64,000 nt of DNA from Eledone cirrhosa (taxonomy: Eukaryota). A model generated the notes under the pieces. It did not search any database and was not told where the DNA came from. It saw only the letters and a list, made by a program, of their open reading frames with translations. Location of the stretch: NCBI GenBank assembly GCA_964016885.1, contig OZ024742.1, positions 262,942,001-263,006,000 of the forward strand, written 5' to 3'. Shown piece by piece: positions 33,961 through 49,082 of the stretch (positions within the stretch are counted from its first letter, which is position 1; the number at the start of each line of letters is the position of its first letter). A program made the position numbers and the translations under genes.

Positions 33961-36900
33961 TATGGTACTTATTTTATCACATTTTTGGTAGAGGAACAGT
34001 CATTTAAAATGGATTCCAGTATTTAACTGGTATTTATTTCACCAACAATGAATGCAAAGTTGACTGTAGTGGGATTTGAACTCAGAATGTAATTTAACTA
34101 TTGAAAGGCTCTATCAATTTTTCTGTTTGACTGCCATTTCCAGAGAGAATTCTTTACATTGGGACAAAGCCACAATTTGATATGAAAGTGGAAACATAAA
34201 CCACATTACTTATTTGATCATGCTTGGAGAATTGAAAAGCAAAGTTGAATTTGATTGGATTTGAACTGAAAATGTAGAGGAACATAGAAAATACAAGTTA
34301 TTTAGTTCAATATTATTGTTTTTGCCCTTCACTACCATTTTTATAAGAAAACAATATTTCTTTCATTTGAAAAGGCATATTATCATAGAAGTGAAACAAG
34401 TGTTTTGATTTTCATGCCTTAAACATTATGAGTAAGGTAAAATGGTTTCAGCCAGGAGCTGAATGAGTAGGAGACAGACCTTTTGATCCAGGATTCTCAT
34501 CACTAAAAGAAAAATATTGACCTTTGTTGATGGCATGCAGAGAACTCAGAGGTCTGAGAAGATAGGTTACCAAACAAATGATTAGGAGATTAGTGGTTTG
34601 TATCATAGAAAGTGTTCGCCGCAGGTCCAAGACACCTAATTCTGAATGGACTCAGTTTATTTATCTGTAAATAGGTACTACAATACAAATCATCGAGGAA
34701 AACTCTATGCAGTTGCTTGACCTCCTAAATGGCAGTGAAACTAAATTTACTCTTACTCTTTTTAAAATGGTTGAATATACTGGATAAGTCAATCTTGGAT
34801 TTGCCAGAAATAAAATAGAAAATTAAAGGATAGCCATAGCTAGAACACAGTAAAATGATAAAGCGTTTTTCACAGAAAGACATAGATACCACAATGTGCA
34901 GTATAGTTTCACTACCGTAAATGGTGGTAGCACTGTAAAACTGACAGGTGTTTTATTAACTCATAGGGCTATGTTCAGATCCTCCCATGCTTTAGTTCTA
35001 TGACTATCACAGCAGAGCAGATTTAAAAAATGAATTAACTAGGTGTAAAGCTTCTATATTAGAATTTAAAAATTGGGAACTTGCACCATTCACATCTTTC
35101 ACAGTTGCTGTGAAAATGAATTTAATTAGATAAGGACATAGCTTGTAAACTGTTTGTTTGGTATTCTATAGTATTCTATGAAGAAAACTAGTTCTGATTA
35201 AATAGACCTGTGATGAAAAGGCAATGAGTTAGCAGTATTGTTCGCGCATTAGATAAAATGCCCTGCGGTATTAACGTGCTCTGACTTCAAATCCTGTGAG
35301 GGTCAACTTTGCCTTTCACACTTTCAAGGTCAATAAATAGAATACCAGTCAAGTACTGGAGTTGATTCTTCCTCTATATCTTTCTCACTTCTTTCTTTCT
35401 CCCTCACCCCTTCCCTAGAAGAAATTGGCTGCGTTCAGACCCGGAGAAGGATAGGCTCTACCAAGTTTAAATACCCAAGACATGTATATCACTATGGCAC
35501 TCCTACAACTCCAAAACGAGTTATGGGCCTTTGGCTTGGCTTAACATTGTCAGTTCAGATCCCATCAAGATAAACTTTTAGATAACTTTTTAGAGGTCAA
35601 TAGAATAAAGTACCAATCTAGGGTGGTGAATTGGCAGAATTGTTACAGCATTGGATATCTGCTACCATGATATGGTAGTAGTGTAGAAATGAAGGAACTA
35701 TAAGGTAATACGGAATCAGCATCATACAGCCAGCTGTATGTTTGTAGAAAGAAACCTTTTATTGTCAATAAACGTAGTAACTCCTTGAACTCTTTCAGCA
35801 CAACATCCTCCACTACCAATTAGGTTACCTAGGTAATAGAGCTATCAACTATTTCTGTGGAGCCTTCCCAGGATTGGCAAATGTATATTTCACTGGGACT
35901 ACTCTTGTGCATCTTCCACATACAAAGTATACTTTTCTGTTTAAAATTGTTCCAAATTACTTTGATCAGCCTGGTCTATAGAAGCTTTATCACTTGCTTC
36001 TTTCTCATTATCTGAACACCACCCTTAAAGAAAGTTAAGAGGATAACCTCAGTTGTAATTTGCATGATGTGTATGTGTTTAGTGTCAAAAGTAATTTAGA
36101 AATATATTTCTATGTTAAAATGTAGCATATATTTGAAGATTTTAATGTAAATCTGATGTATATCTTACTGTCATTTATCAATTAGAAGCCTTTGCAGTGA
36201 AAAAAAGTGTAAAGTGGAACAACTTTCAACTATTTCTCTGTATATCTCCATTAAATTTACCTTTTAAATTTTCAAACACACAGACACACATGTATACATA
36301 TCCCCCCCCCCCCCCATATATATATACACACATCTATGTAAGCATACATGTATATACATTTAAAAAATGCAAGAAATAGAATAGAAGGTGAAGTAAAGGA
36401 AAAGGAACATGAGGAATGTGGAGGAAATACATATTTATATACATGCTGGTCAGTTTTTTGGCAATGCTTTTCTGGCTCGATACCGATCCTATCACCAACC
36501 ACTTTATGCAACAAGCACTAGAGAGGTTGTTTGACTGGACTTAAGTCCTTTCTACCCTATGCCAGTTTTAATTTAGTGTGACTGTTCTATTAGATTGGTT
36601 GCTTTCTCTATGGCTTATGGGGACTATGTTTACCTTGTGCAGTCTTATCTCTTCGGAATCACTACTCTCCTAGATAGGCTACCTTTTCCAAGCCTTATAA
36701 AGCCCACGTCTATCTTGAGTGGTTGACAGGAAGGTAGTAGATGGGCAGATAGGAAAGAAAGGTGGTGAAAAGGGGGCAAGGGTCAGGTGGGCTGGGTCAT
36801 GGCATGAACAGGCTATGTCCCTAAGTCAAGCGGATGTTCATTTCTGTTATACAATATTGCTTTTAAGCAATATAATTAAGAAATATATAAATGAGAAGTC

Positions 36901-36973
36901 GAACAGCAAATTATTTTTTTTAAGAGAAACCAAAAGAAAAGTAGAAAGTTTCAGAATTCATATATTTGTTGAC

Positions 36974-37098
36974 TTAACCCTTTAGCCAGAACTCCCTCAC
37001 CTCTTTTAATTCAAACTGGCTGTAGCCGGCCACTCATACTGATGTTACCATGAAAATATAATAGTAAATATAGAGTAATGTAAATGCTAAAGGGTTAA
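36974..37098. mobile_element. Short piggyBac-type MITE
   Basis: TTAA-CCCTTTAGC ... GCTAAAGGG-TTAA. Confidence 0.75.
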
Positions 37099-38818
37099 AC
37101 ACAACAACATTTAGAGAGAGCCTCAGGCTCTCATAGAGGAAGAATGGTCAGGGAGATCTTGACACACTGTATGAAACATTGCGATGGAAGTGAGAGAATG
37201 AGAAAAGGCTTCTAGATTATTCCATATAGTTCTACATACATACTTGCACATACATATATATATACATATACATATATATATATACACATGCATGTATGTA
37301 ATCACTAAGCCAAGAGAGTGTTCATTTCTAGGACTAACACTAGTCATGTTAGTACTACACACAGTAGTGGGGTGACTAATATGGACATGTGCAAGAACCT
37401 ATCAACCATCATCAAGCAAATGCACACCTATATCCCCTTTCAGGTGCAGAGAAATACCAAAGTGACAACCTAACCACCACTGTCAGGTAACATATGTCAA
37501 GGCTGCCACTTCCAATGTGGCCACATTGAAAAGAAGATCCAGAGAAACCTGATAGGAGACGAATGGATGTATGCTGTGTTCAAAGGGTGAAATGGAGAAG
37601 TAGGTATTCTACTAGCTGAGAAGTGGATAGTTGAAGTAATTAAGAGTAAATGATAGAATTATCAAGCTCAGAATAGTCATAGCTAGAGATAATTATCACC
37701 ATTCTATTGCCTATGTACCACAAGCAGGACTTAGTAAAGAACAAAAGGACCGTTTCTATAAGGAACTCCAACAGACAACTTCAGTTATAGATGTTCTGAA
37801 GGCAATGCATAAAGAAAGCCCATGACAATATAGTAAATGTAGAAAAACATATTTCATTATGATATATCCACTCCGATAATTATATATCGTTTTATGTTTG
37901 CTTTCCACGCTGGCATGGTTTCTATGACTAGAGGCTCTTCCCTACTCCAACCATATTATAGTGTCTACTGCATGTGGTTTCATGGCACCAGCATTGTCAC
38001 CTTACAGAGCTGACTGGGTGCATTTTATCATGGTGCCAACACTAACATTTTACAGGGTGTACTAGAGCATTATATGGTGACACCAACACTAAAGAGATTT
38101 CATCCACTTCAAGCATTTGGCACCTTTTTTTATACTAATTCCACTCTACTTACACATCATAGCCCTTACCAACACAATTAATTCTCTTGCACTCTACATT
38201 CAATTCCTCTATACTTAACTTTTCTATCAGTTCACTTGTGCTGTCATTTATGCCCATTAAAATTCAGTGCAGCATGCATGCCTCATTTCTTTTTACTTTC
38301 ATACATATATAAACAAATAAGTGTATGTGTGAATGTATATTAGCAGGGAAAGCAAATGTTAAATGATGATGATAATGATGACACACACACATATGTGCAT
38401 ATATATATTTCATCATCCTCATTTAACATCTAGCATGGGTTAGACAAGCTAGCATGGGTTAAACAAGTTGTCCTGTTGTGAAACAAGCCAGATCAGATGA
38501 CCATGTCTTGCTTATACAGAACTAATTCTGGCTAGGTTTCTACAGCTGGATATCCTTCCTAACACCAACCACATTTACAGTTTGTACTGTATACCTTTTG
38601 TCATGGTACTAAAACAACCACTTTACAGTGAGGACTGGAGTAGTGGTAGTGTATGGGGATCGGAGAGGTAGATCTATGTTAGCATATAGGGACATGGGTG
38701 ATGTATGGTAGGTATGGGAAAATGGTGCATACTAAACGTATGTGTCAACCCGTACACATTGGAAGGCGCGTCTTCTGTATTACTGTATAATGCCAGATTT
38801 GACTTTTTTATTTATATA

Positions 38819-41800
38819 TCTAGCAACGCTGGTTGGTCAGTCTAGTCACTACTTCTGATCAGATCCGAGAATAGTCCTTAGAAGGACTGTTATCGCATAC
38901 GGTCTGATCAGATATGAAGATAGCCCTAAAAGGACTGTTGTCGCATATAGCCCTTAAAAGAACTGTTGAGGATGGACAGACGAAAGTACAAGTTGAAAGG
39001 ACGAAGCAAGGCGAGATGTAAATTCAATCAGCTATTTATTTTCACATGAAGCAACAATACAGGGTACAAGGCAATGCGTGTGTGAGTGACAAAGCGTGGC
39101 AGAGTAAAGGAACAACGATACGCTAGCTGACTGCCAAAAGTCGACTAGCGAAAGTGTTAGGAACCACTCTATTTATACAGGAACAATCCTTTGTTGTTTA
39201 GTCGATGTGTAGGCGTTTATTCTGGTAGGTTCTAATTCTAGTAGGTTCTAATTCTGGTAGGTTCTAAGGGTTCTTTTGTTTCACGTTGAGTAGCTAGCTA
39301 ACAGGTAGATGGCGCTGTATATTTCACAGCTGTTATTTCCGGTGGCTGTACCTTAGCCCCCTGCCAGTTCTTTTGTACAACAAAAGAGCGAAATATCGTA
39401 TAGGAATGGGCCAGTGGTGCATTTGTCATGACAATAGCCCCAGGATTGTCCAGCACATTGTGAAATGTGATCATCGAGTACAGGACAGAGTCGATGTAGA
39501 GATGATATGGCAAGATGTGTGTGTCAGGAAGAGAAAAATGAAATAAACTATAAAATGACTTTGACCAGATTTATGCAGGCGTAATGAATGAGCCTGTTGC
39601 AATTTCGGTTGAGCTGCCTGTGAATTGCGTGACAAAAAGTCTAACTGGGCAGTGAAGATAACCGTAATGTGTGAACTGAATGGCCGTAAGCATGCTGCCT
39701 AAAGGTAACAGCTTGCTCCACAGCATATGACTTGAGCGAATGCATGTGGTAAAAAAATAGCGAGGCATTCTCGAGCTATTGAGTGAATGTGTACGTGAAA
39801 ACAGAAGGCCAGTGTTTTGAGGTTGTAATTTGTGAAATGCGTGATCAAAGAGAAAACATTTTGTAGTGTAAGAGTTAGAGGGACACAAATATCTATTGCT
39901 CAGTGTATGAACCAAAAGGTGAAACAAATGTGGTTTTGTAGTGTGCATGAAAAACAGAATATGTACACGCCTTGTATGTATATAAAAATTATGGCAATTA
40001 CACAATCAATGTTACAGAACAAGAAAAATACAAATTTTGCAAAACAAGAGAGAGAAGAAAAAAAAATGTTATACACAATGTTTGTTCTTAAATCGTGTTT
40101 ATAATAAATAATGTTCATAATAAATAATGTTCTTCGTGACATGAGCACATGGTCACTAAAAATTGCAATTGTTCAAGCAGAAAGTTCATTGTATTTGAAA
40201 CTGGAAATAGTAAACACAAGAAAAATGGAAATGTTTTGCACGAAGAATGATTAAGAAACTCACTTGAGGTTAACGGTAATTCACATAGTGTGCCAACTTT
40301 GCGGGCCAATGGACGCGTCGTCCGCTTCTCGTGATTGGAGATGAAACAGGTGGCTTGCTGGGATAGCAATCTGTTGGAGTTTCTGGTGTAGAGACTGTAA
40401 CTGTATCCATGATGGCTTTTTTTAATCTGTCCACGCTGACAGAATTCTGTTTACCATCTAGATCGAGAATAAAATATTTCGGATATTTTTTTAGAACACG
40501 ATAAGGGCCAGAATATGGAGGTCGAAGATGAGCTGAGATGGTGTCGTTTCGAACGAAAACGTGTGTCCAATCATCAATGTCTGAAGGTACGTGTGTGGCC
40601 GTGTTCTGTTGACGGGTGCTTGCAGGAGCAAGGTGAGACATATATTGTCGAAGACGGTGTACGTATGATCCTGGGTCTGGAACGTCCTGAGGAGAGATGG
40701 GAGCAACCATCTGACCAGGTAGAACCAGGGTGGTGCTGTACACTAATTCTGCAGGTGTGTGTCCGAATTCCTCCTTAACGGTGGATCGAATGCCCAGAAG
40801 GATGAGTGGCATGTATTCAAACCAGTGGGTCTTGTCTGGATATGCTTTTATTGCAGCTTTCAATTGGCGATGGAATCTTTCCATGAGACCATTAGCTTGC
40901 AGGTGATAAGCTGTCGTGCGGATGTGTTTTCATCCTAACAGGCGAGTCAGTTCCCTGAAGAGGTGGGAGTCAAATTGGCGTCCTCTGTCCGTTGTTATCT
41001 TCGCTGGGGCGCCATAACGTGATACCCAGTATAAAACCAAAGTTTTAGCGACTGTTTCTGCTGAGGTATCATTTATGGGAAAAGCCTCAGGCCAACGAGA
41101 AAATCGATCGATGCAGGTGAGCAAGTGTGTGTAGTTCTGTGATGGTGGTAGAGGTCCGACGATGTCGATATGCACATGATGAAAATGTGCATCAGGTTGC
41201 GCGAATGTGCCGAGTGGAGTTTTGATGTGTCTGTGGACTTTGGCTTTCTGGCAGGCAATGCAGCTCCTGGACCAGTCGCGCACGTCCTTGTTAATGTTAG
41301 TCCACACAAAACGAGCGGAGATGAGTTTCTGTGTAGCCCGGATTCCCGGGTGAGACAAGCAGAAAAAACTTGTTGACGATGCATCTGTGGTACGTACGGC
41401 CGTTCATGACCGGTAGAAAGGTCACACCAAATTTGTCCCGGAGTAGAAGGAATGGGAACTTGCTGAAACTTGAGAGATGCCGAATCTCGGATTTCATAAA
41501 CTCTTCGTCAGTCTCTTGGTCAGCTGCGATTTGTTGAAGGTCGATGCCTGAATGCACATGTATTGCGTTCAGCTGGATTCGGGGCAGGGCGTCGACTGCT
41601 ACGTTGTCTGATCCCTTGATATGCCGAAGTCGTCCGCTTGACCAATTCCTTGCGGAATGATTCATATGACACCGTACCTGGCGGTGCCATGACGAGGTCC
41701 CTCACTTCAGCCAAAACTTCTGGCGGGACAGATCCAATGATGTAGGTGAGTTTTGCGGCATCGGTCTTAATTCTGTTCGCGGTGAATTGCGCTTCTATGT

Positions 41801-42495
41801 GCGCGAACCACAGAGTCGGGTCGTTAGACCAAAATACGGGGACTTTCAATGTTAACGCCGCTTGTGTGGTTGGTATCTCAGCTTCTGTCGTTTGTGACAT
41901 GTCCATGTTAATGTTTTCTTAGGTTCTGTCTGGTTGTGCGTTCGACTCACGTTCGGGTCACCAATTGTAGCGACGCTGGTTGGTCAGTCTAGTCACTACT
42001 TCTGATCAGATCCGAGAATAGTCCTTAGAAGGACTGTTATCGCATACGGTCTGATCAGATATGAAGATAGCCCTAAAAGGACTGTTGTCGGATATAGCCC
42101 TTAAAAGAACTGTTGTGGATGGACAGACGAAAGTACAAGTTGAAAGGACGAAGCAAGGCGAGATGTAAATTCAATCAGCTATTTATTTTCACATGAAGCA
42201 ACGATACAGGGTACAAGGCAATGCGTGTGTGAGTGACAAAGCGTGGCAGAGTAAAGGAACAACGATACGCTAGCTGACTCTGCCAAAAGTCGACTAGCGA
42301 AAGTGTTAGGAACCACTCTATTTATACAGGAACAATCCTTTGTTGTTTAGTCGATGTGTAGGCGTTTATTCTGGTAGGTTCTAATTCTAGTAGGTTCTAA
42401 TTCTGGTAGGTTCTAAGGGTTCTTTTGTTTCACGTTGAGTAGCTAGCTAACAGGTAGATGGCGCTGTATATTTCACAGCTGGTATTTCCGGTGGC

Positions 42496-42501
<6 letters not shown>
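38819..42501 (-). mobile_element. Internally deleted Ty3/Gypsy LTR retrotransposon
   Basis: LTRs 41966-42501 (TG..CA) and 38819-39351; PBS TGGTGACCCGAACGTG (tRNA-Trp-like) next to the 5' LTR; purine tract next to the 3' LTR; gag N-terminus fused to RNase H end and integrase. Confidence 0.92.
40270..41906 (-). pseudogene. Gypsy gag N-terminus plus frameshifted integrase
   Basis: KVPVFWSNDPTLWFAHIEAQF; [14 protein letters not shown]; [32 protein letters not shown]. Confidence 0.88.
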
Positions 42502-42527
<26 letters not shown>

Positions 42528-44019
42528 GGAGTAGATGAATGGCGTGTGAAAGCTGTACAAACCATGTATAGGGGAGCAGTCAGCAAAGTTAAGATTAGCA
42601 ATGACTATATCGAGGAATTTAGCATACAGGTCAGAGTCCACCAGGGCTCTGTTCTTAGCCCTCTCCTGTTCATAAGAGTTCTGCAGGCAATAAACGAGGA
42701 GTTTAAGACCGGATGCCCATGGGAACTCCTGTATTCAGATGACCTCGCACTTATAGCTGAATCTATGATAGAACTAGAGAAGAAATTCCAAACTTGGAAG
42801 CAGGGACAAGAAAGAAAGGGTCTCAAAGTTAAACTAACAAAGACTAAGGTCCTTGTAAGTAGACGAGAAACAGAACCCAGATCCCCTCAGGGAAATGGCC
42901 TTACTTAGTATGTAAGAAAGGTGTAGGTAGGAAATCCATTCTCTGCCCCAAATGCAAACAATGAGTACACAAGAGATGTAGCGGGATCTTAGGAAGCTTA
43001 ACTAAGAATGTAGGCTTCACATGTAGCAGCTGTGCTTGGACAGCAAGCAGCAAACAGCCACAGGAAACAAGTACCACCAAACTCTGGGAGGGCTCTGTAG
43101 AAACAGTAGACAGCTTCTGCTACCTAGGTGATCAAATTTACAGCGGAGATGGGGGTGTTCGGAAAGTACAATAACTAGGGTAAGAACGGGATGGAAGAAG
43201 TTCAGGGAACTACTGCCACTGCTAGCTGCAAAAGGCTTTTTCCTCAAAATGAAAGGCAGACTGTATGATGCGTGTATAGGAACAGCAATGTCACATGGTA
43301 GTGAGAACTGGGCGCTGAAGGTGGAAGACTTGCATAGATTAGAAAGAAACAAAGCCTGCATGTTCTGATGGATGTGTAATAGTAATATACACGAACGGCA
43401 AAGCATAAATGAATTGAGAGAGAGACTGAGCATAAGAAGAATCAAATGCTATGTGTAGGAGAGGCGGTTGCGTTGGTATGGACATGTGATGCATATGAAG
43501 GATGACTGCTGCATAAAAAGTTGCAGAGCACTAGAAGTCGATGGAAACCATAGAGTGGGGAGACCCAAGAAGACTGGGATGAGGTGATAAAAGCCAACCT
43601 TACCCAATTACACCTCTCAAAGGAGATGATGACACACGACCGTGACCTCTAGCGCAATGCAGAAATACAGAAGACCCGACCTGCCCCCCACGGATACAAG
43701 CCGAAGCTGAAGCATATAGACAATATGCCCCCACACCCTCCCATTGCAAAGTGGTCATGGAGGTGCCACGGCAAAAAAGCACCCAGCCCACACTATAATA
43801 AAGTGGACGTGTAGGCGCCACGGAAAAAAACACCCACCACTCACTGTAAATGAGGTTGGTGTTAGGAAGGGCATCCAGCTGTAGAAATCAGGCCAGAATC
43901 ACTTCCTGTATGAGCAAGGCATGGTCAGCCGACCGGAAACTGCCCACAACAGGACAACATGTCTAACCCATGCTAGCGTGGAAGAACGGACGCAAAACCG
44001 TGATGATGATGATGATGAT
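42528..44019 (+). mobile_element. RTE family B fragment, degenerate
   Basis: HQGSVLSPLLF, YSDD, several frameshifts, (GAT)n tail. Confidence 0.87.
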
Positions 44020-44034
44020 ATACATATATATACA

Positions 44035-45012
44035 TAGCTGATGGCCGTATGTAGGTAACAAACTTTCTGCCAAACGGCTGGACCAAACAGCACCAAATTT
44101 GCACCATAGATGCAACTTTTTCCAAGTAAAAAGGTGAGGGTATTTTTGTCTACTGAATTTTGTTAAAAGATTAAGGACATTATTTAAATATTCACTTCTT
44201 TAAAATTTCAAATGTCAACACTTCCGGTTATACGTCATTCCTCACTTTTTCTTACGACGTCGCACAACATTCCCCTCTTTTTCTTAGTCTGCCTTTTTAG
44301 ATAGATACATAGCTATAACGTAGCGACCTTATATGTCTCTGCATTCACAGACGGATTATTTTAGTTTCAGAAGATCCCGTTAAGGGTGAAAACAGCGATT
44401 CTTTGCTTAAACTTTAATCTGTTATTTTAATATATATATTCGTGTACAGATATTTTTGCATACACAAAAACAAAAACCTATTTATTTCACGAAAGCACAG
44501 ACAGCTTATCATCATTGTTACTGTTCGAGGTTAGAGGACCACAGTCTTTCCAAGATCTGAGAACCATCAATGGCCACTTACCGTTTGGCTTGCCAGATGC
44601 GTGGTATGTTACACGATGACAGCCATTGGCACCTCACCCTGCAAGAAGCAGCAACTGCTAAAGTCCCTTCTCAGCTGCGAAAGCTTTTTGCTATTATGCT
44701 GCACAACTGCGATCTCGCCGACCCTCTCGCACTGTGGAACAACCACCGTGAAAGTCTAGCTGAGGACATCCTCCACCGCACACGCAGACACAATCCGAAC
44801 GTAACATACAATGTCGTTTTCAATAAGGCGCTCCTTTGTCTTGAAAACAGTGTCCTGGAGTTGGTGGTAGGCCTCTAAGTCACTACAGCTTACCTGCTCC
44901 TGACAGGAGTGTCCAGAGGTAAACGTCTACAGAGCTTCTCCGCGAGACAATCTACGAAATCAGTGCTTCTCCCATGGTCAATTGTATGTAGGATGCTCTA
45001 GGGTGAGCTCGC
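44035..45012 (+). mobile_element. Non-autonomous Helitron, 3'-truncated copy
   Basis: Near-identical to 61521-62488; Rep/helicase remnant LTLQEAA..PSQLRKLFA. Confidence 0.8.
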
Positions 45013-45237
45013 ATATATATATATATATATATACATATATATACACATATATACACATATATATACATATATATATACATATATATATATATATAAATAA
45101 GTTGGAATAGGATGAAACGAAATTTCATTTCTCACTCTTAGTACGGCACTTACTTAAATGTAAGTATGTATGTATACGTACATACATATATGTATACAGA
45201 CGTACAGTAGCATGTATGTATATATATATATATATAT

Positions 45238-46843
45238 AGGTTAGAATTAACAACGAATATAGTGAAGAGTTTAGCGTAAAAGTTGGTGTCCATCAGGGCT
45301 CTGTTCTTAGCCCCCTACTATTTATTATTGCCCTTCAGGCTATAACAGAGGAGTTCAAGACCGGCTGCCCATGGGAACTCCTATACGCAGATGATCTAAC
45401 GCTCATAGCTGAATCAATGACCGAACTAGAGAAGAAATTCCAAACATGGAAGCACGGCCTAGAATCAAAAGGCCTTAAAATTAACCTGGCTAAGACTAAA
45501 GTTCTAGTTTGTAGGAAAGAAAATAAGGCGGCAGTCCCATCTGGGAAATGGCCATGCTCAGTGTGTAGGAAAGGCGTAGGTAGAAACTCCATTTTATGTC
45601 CCAAATGCAAAGTATGGGTGCATAAAAGATGTAGTGGGATCACAGGTAAGCTAACTAAGAACATAGATTTTACATGTGGCCGGTGCTTTGGTGCAATAAG
45701 TAGCAGCAAGTGCCCACAAAATACTAGCTCCTTCAACTGCGCAGAGGGTTCTATAGAAATAGTGGAGAGCTTCCGTTACCTGGGTGACAAAATCAGCAGT
45801 GGGGGAGGGTGCTCTGAAAGTACAGTAGCTAGAGTCAGAACTGGATGGAAAAAGTTCAGAGAGCTTATACCACTATTAGCCGCTAGAGGGTTCCCCCTAA
45901 AAATGAAAGGCAGGTTATACGATGCCTGCATACGAACAGCAATGCTGCATGGCAGTGAGACCTGGGCATTGTGTGCAGAGGATATACGCAGACTAGAGAG
46001 GAACGAAGCTTGCATGCTCCGCTGGATGTGCAATAGTAATATACGTGAACGGCAAAGCATAAACGAACTGAGGAAAAAATTAGAAATAAGAGGGATCAGA
46101 TGTTGTTTACTCGAGAGAAGGCTACGTTGGTACGGTCACGTGATGCGCATGAAAGACGATAGCTGTATAACAAAGTGCAGAGCAATAAAGATAGACGGTA
46201 GCCACGGAGTAGGCAGACCCAGAAAAACATGGGACGAGCTGATAAATTCCGACCTCACACGCTTATACCTCTCCAAGACAATGTCACTGGACCGAGACCT
46301 TTGGCGGTACTCAGTAATAGAGAAGACCCGCCTTACCTAAATACAAAGTAAAAACCTACTACAGTCAGTAGGCATCTCTATCAAAACACCCCCCCGTCCC
46401 ACCACCTCCACCCCATCCACACCGCCCCTTTCAATGTAAAGTTATGTTGGTCCCACAACATCCAGGCCGAAACAAATGAGATCGTGTAGGTGTCACGACA
46501 AAAAAACACACAGTCCACGCTGTAAATGTGGCCGTGTAGGCAACACGGTGAAAACCTCCCAGCCCCACACTGTAAATGTGGTTGGTGTTAAGAAGGACAT
46601 CCAGCTGTAGAAAACCCGCCAGACAGTCCACGCTATAATGTGGCCGTGTAGGCAACACGGTAAAAACCTCCCAGCCACACACTGTAACTGGGGTTAGTGT
46701 TAGGAAGGGCATCCAACTGTAGAAAACCCGCCAGACAGTCCTATGCGAGCAAGACAACCACTCTTGCCTCAAGTGGGAAAACTCCCGTCCAAACCCATGC
46801 AAGCGTGGAACACGGACGCTAAACCTGATGATGATGATGATGA
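45238..46843 (+). mobile_element. 5'-truncated RTE family A copy
   Basis: Open frame to 46340 with YADD and the PHD-like insert; 3' UTR; (GAT)n tail. Confidence 0.92.
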
Positions 46844-47044
46844 TATATACATATATATATATATACATATATATATATACATATATACATATATACATAT
46901 ATATACATACATATACATATATATACATATATATATATACATATACATATATATACATATATATATATACATATATATATATATACATATATATATATAC
47001 ATATACACATATACACATATATATATATACATATATATATATAC

Positions 47045-47101
<57 letters not shown>

Positions 47102-47650
47102 CATATACATATATACATATACATATATATATATACATATATATATATACATATATATATATACATATACATATATACATATACATATATATACATATAT
47201 AGATACATACATATATAGATACATACATATATATATATACATATATATATATACATATATATATATACATATATATATATACATATATATATATACATAT
47301 ATATATATACATATATATATATACATATATATATATACATATATATATATACATATACATATATACATATATATATATATACATATATACATATATATAT
47401 ATACATATATATATATACATATACATATATACATATACATATATAGATACATACATATATAGATACATACATATATAGATACATACATATATATATATAC
47501 ATATATATATATACATATATATATATACATATATATATATACATATATATATATACATATATATATATATAGATACATACATATATATATATACATATAT
47601 ATATATACATATATATATATACATATATATATATACATATATATATATAC

Positions 47651-47697
<47 letters not shown>

Positions 47698-47726
47698 CAT
47701 ATATATATATACATATATATATATAC

Positions 47727-47773
<47 letters not shown>

Positions 47774-47774
47774 C

Positions 47775-47819
<45 letters not shown>

Positions 47820-48100
47820 CATATATATATATATACATATATATATATACATATATATATATATACACATATATATATACATACATATATATACATATAT
47901 ATATATACATATATATATATACATATATATATATACATATATATATATACATATATATATATACATATATATATATACATATATATATATACATATATAT
48001 ATATACATATATATATATACATATATATATATACATATATATACATATATATATATATATACATATATATACATATATATATATATATACATATATATAC

Positions 48101-48131
<31 letters not shown>

Positions 48132-48156
48132 CATATATATATATACATATATATAC

Positions 48157-48209
<53 letters not shown>

Positions 48210-48234
48210 CATATATATATATACATATATATAC

Positions 48235-48265
<31 letters not shown>

Positions 48266-48300
48266 CATATATATATATACATATATATACATATATATAC

Positions 48301-48333
<33 letters not shown>

Positions 48334-48362
48334 CATATATACATATATATATATACATATAC

Positions 48363-48393
<31 letters not shown>

Positions 48394-48584
48394 CATATAT
48401 ATATATACATATATATATATACATATATATATATACATATATATATACATATATATATATATACATATATATACATATATATATATACATATACATATAT
48501 ATATATATACATATATATATATACATATATATATATACATATATATATATACATATATATATATACATATATATATATACATAT
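46844..48584. repeat. About 1.7 kb (TA)n/CA microsatellite
   Basis: Seen directly. Confidence 0.95.
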
Positions 48585-48587
48585 ACA

Positions 48588-49082
48588 CCCACATACCCAC
48601 CCACTCGAAACCCCATCATTTGCCGCTACTCTCTACGCTATAGAATATGTACGGATAGTGGCTGCAAATTCACCCATTTACCTAGGACAAAACGATCTAT
48701 CCCCACAAACAGCCACCACCATAATACATACTCTAATTTAACACCAACACAACCACCAATAACTCAAACAAGGAATCCACAAATCTGCCGTTTTTCCCTG
48801 CGAGACAGATTGTGTTTAGACCGGGATTGTCCCTTTACCCATCTCCCGGGGACCCGTCGGATAAATGAAAATAAAATTAAAAATAAAAGCAAAAACAAAA
48901 ACCATAACCTACATAAAAATAACCACTACCACAGTCACCAACAGTCTTCTAAACAGGAAACTTCTTCCTCTTTTTTAGCCATAATGAATCTGGCAAAAGA
49001 ACTGGAAAAAAACATTCGAGCTATCACCCAGCACCACCCTCCACTATCACCCCACTGCACAAACTCCCATTGCTGCCATTAA
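48588..49082 (+). CDS. CR1-type LINE ORF1 C-terminus with two CCCH zinc fingers, 5'-truncated
   Basis: [19 protein letters not shown] and [19 protein letters not shown] (C-x8-C-x4-C-x3-H) in one frame ending TAA at 49082. Confidence 0.75.
   Translation, partial: PTYPPTRNPIICRYSLRYRICTDSGCKFTHLPRTKRSIPTNSHHHNTYSNLTPTQPPITQTRNPQICRFSLRDRLCLDRDCPFTHLPGTRRINENKIKNKSKNKNHNLHKNNHYHSHQQSSKQETSSSFLAIMNLAKELEKNIRAITQHHPPLSPHCTNSHCCH

Noticed and set aside
34440-34680. Possible extra exon of moderate complexity
   Set aside because: No recognisable protein similarity and no phase fit to LIN7
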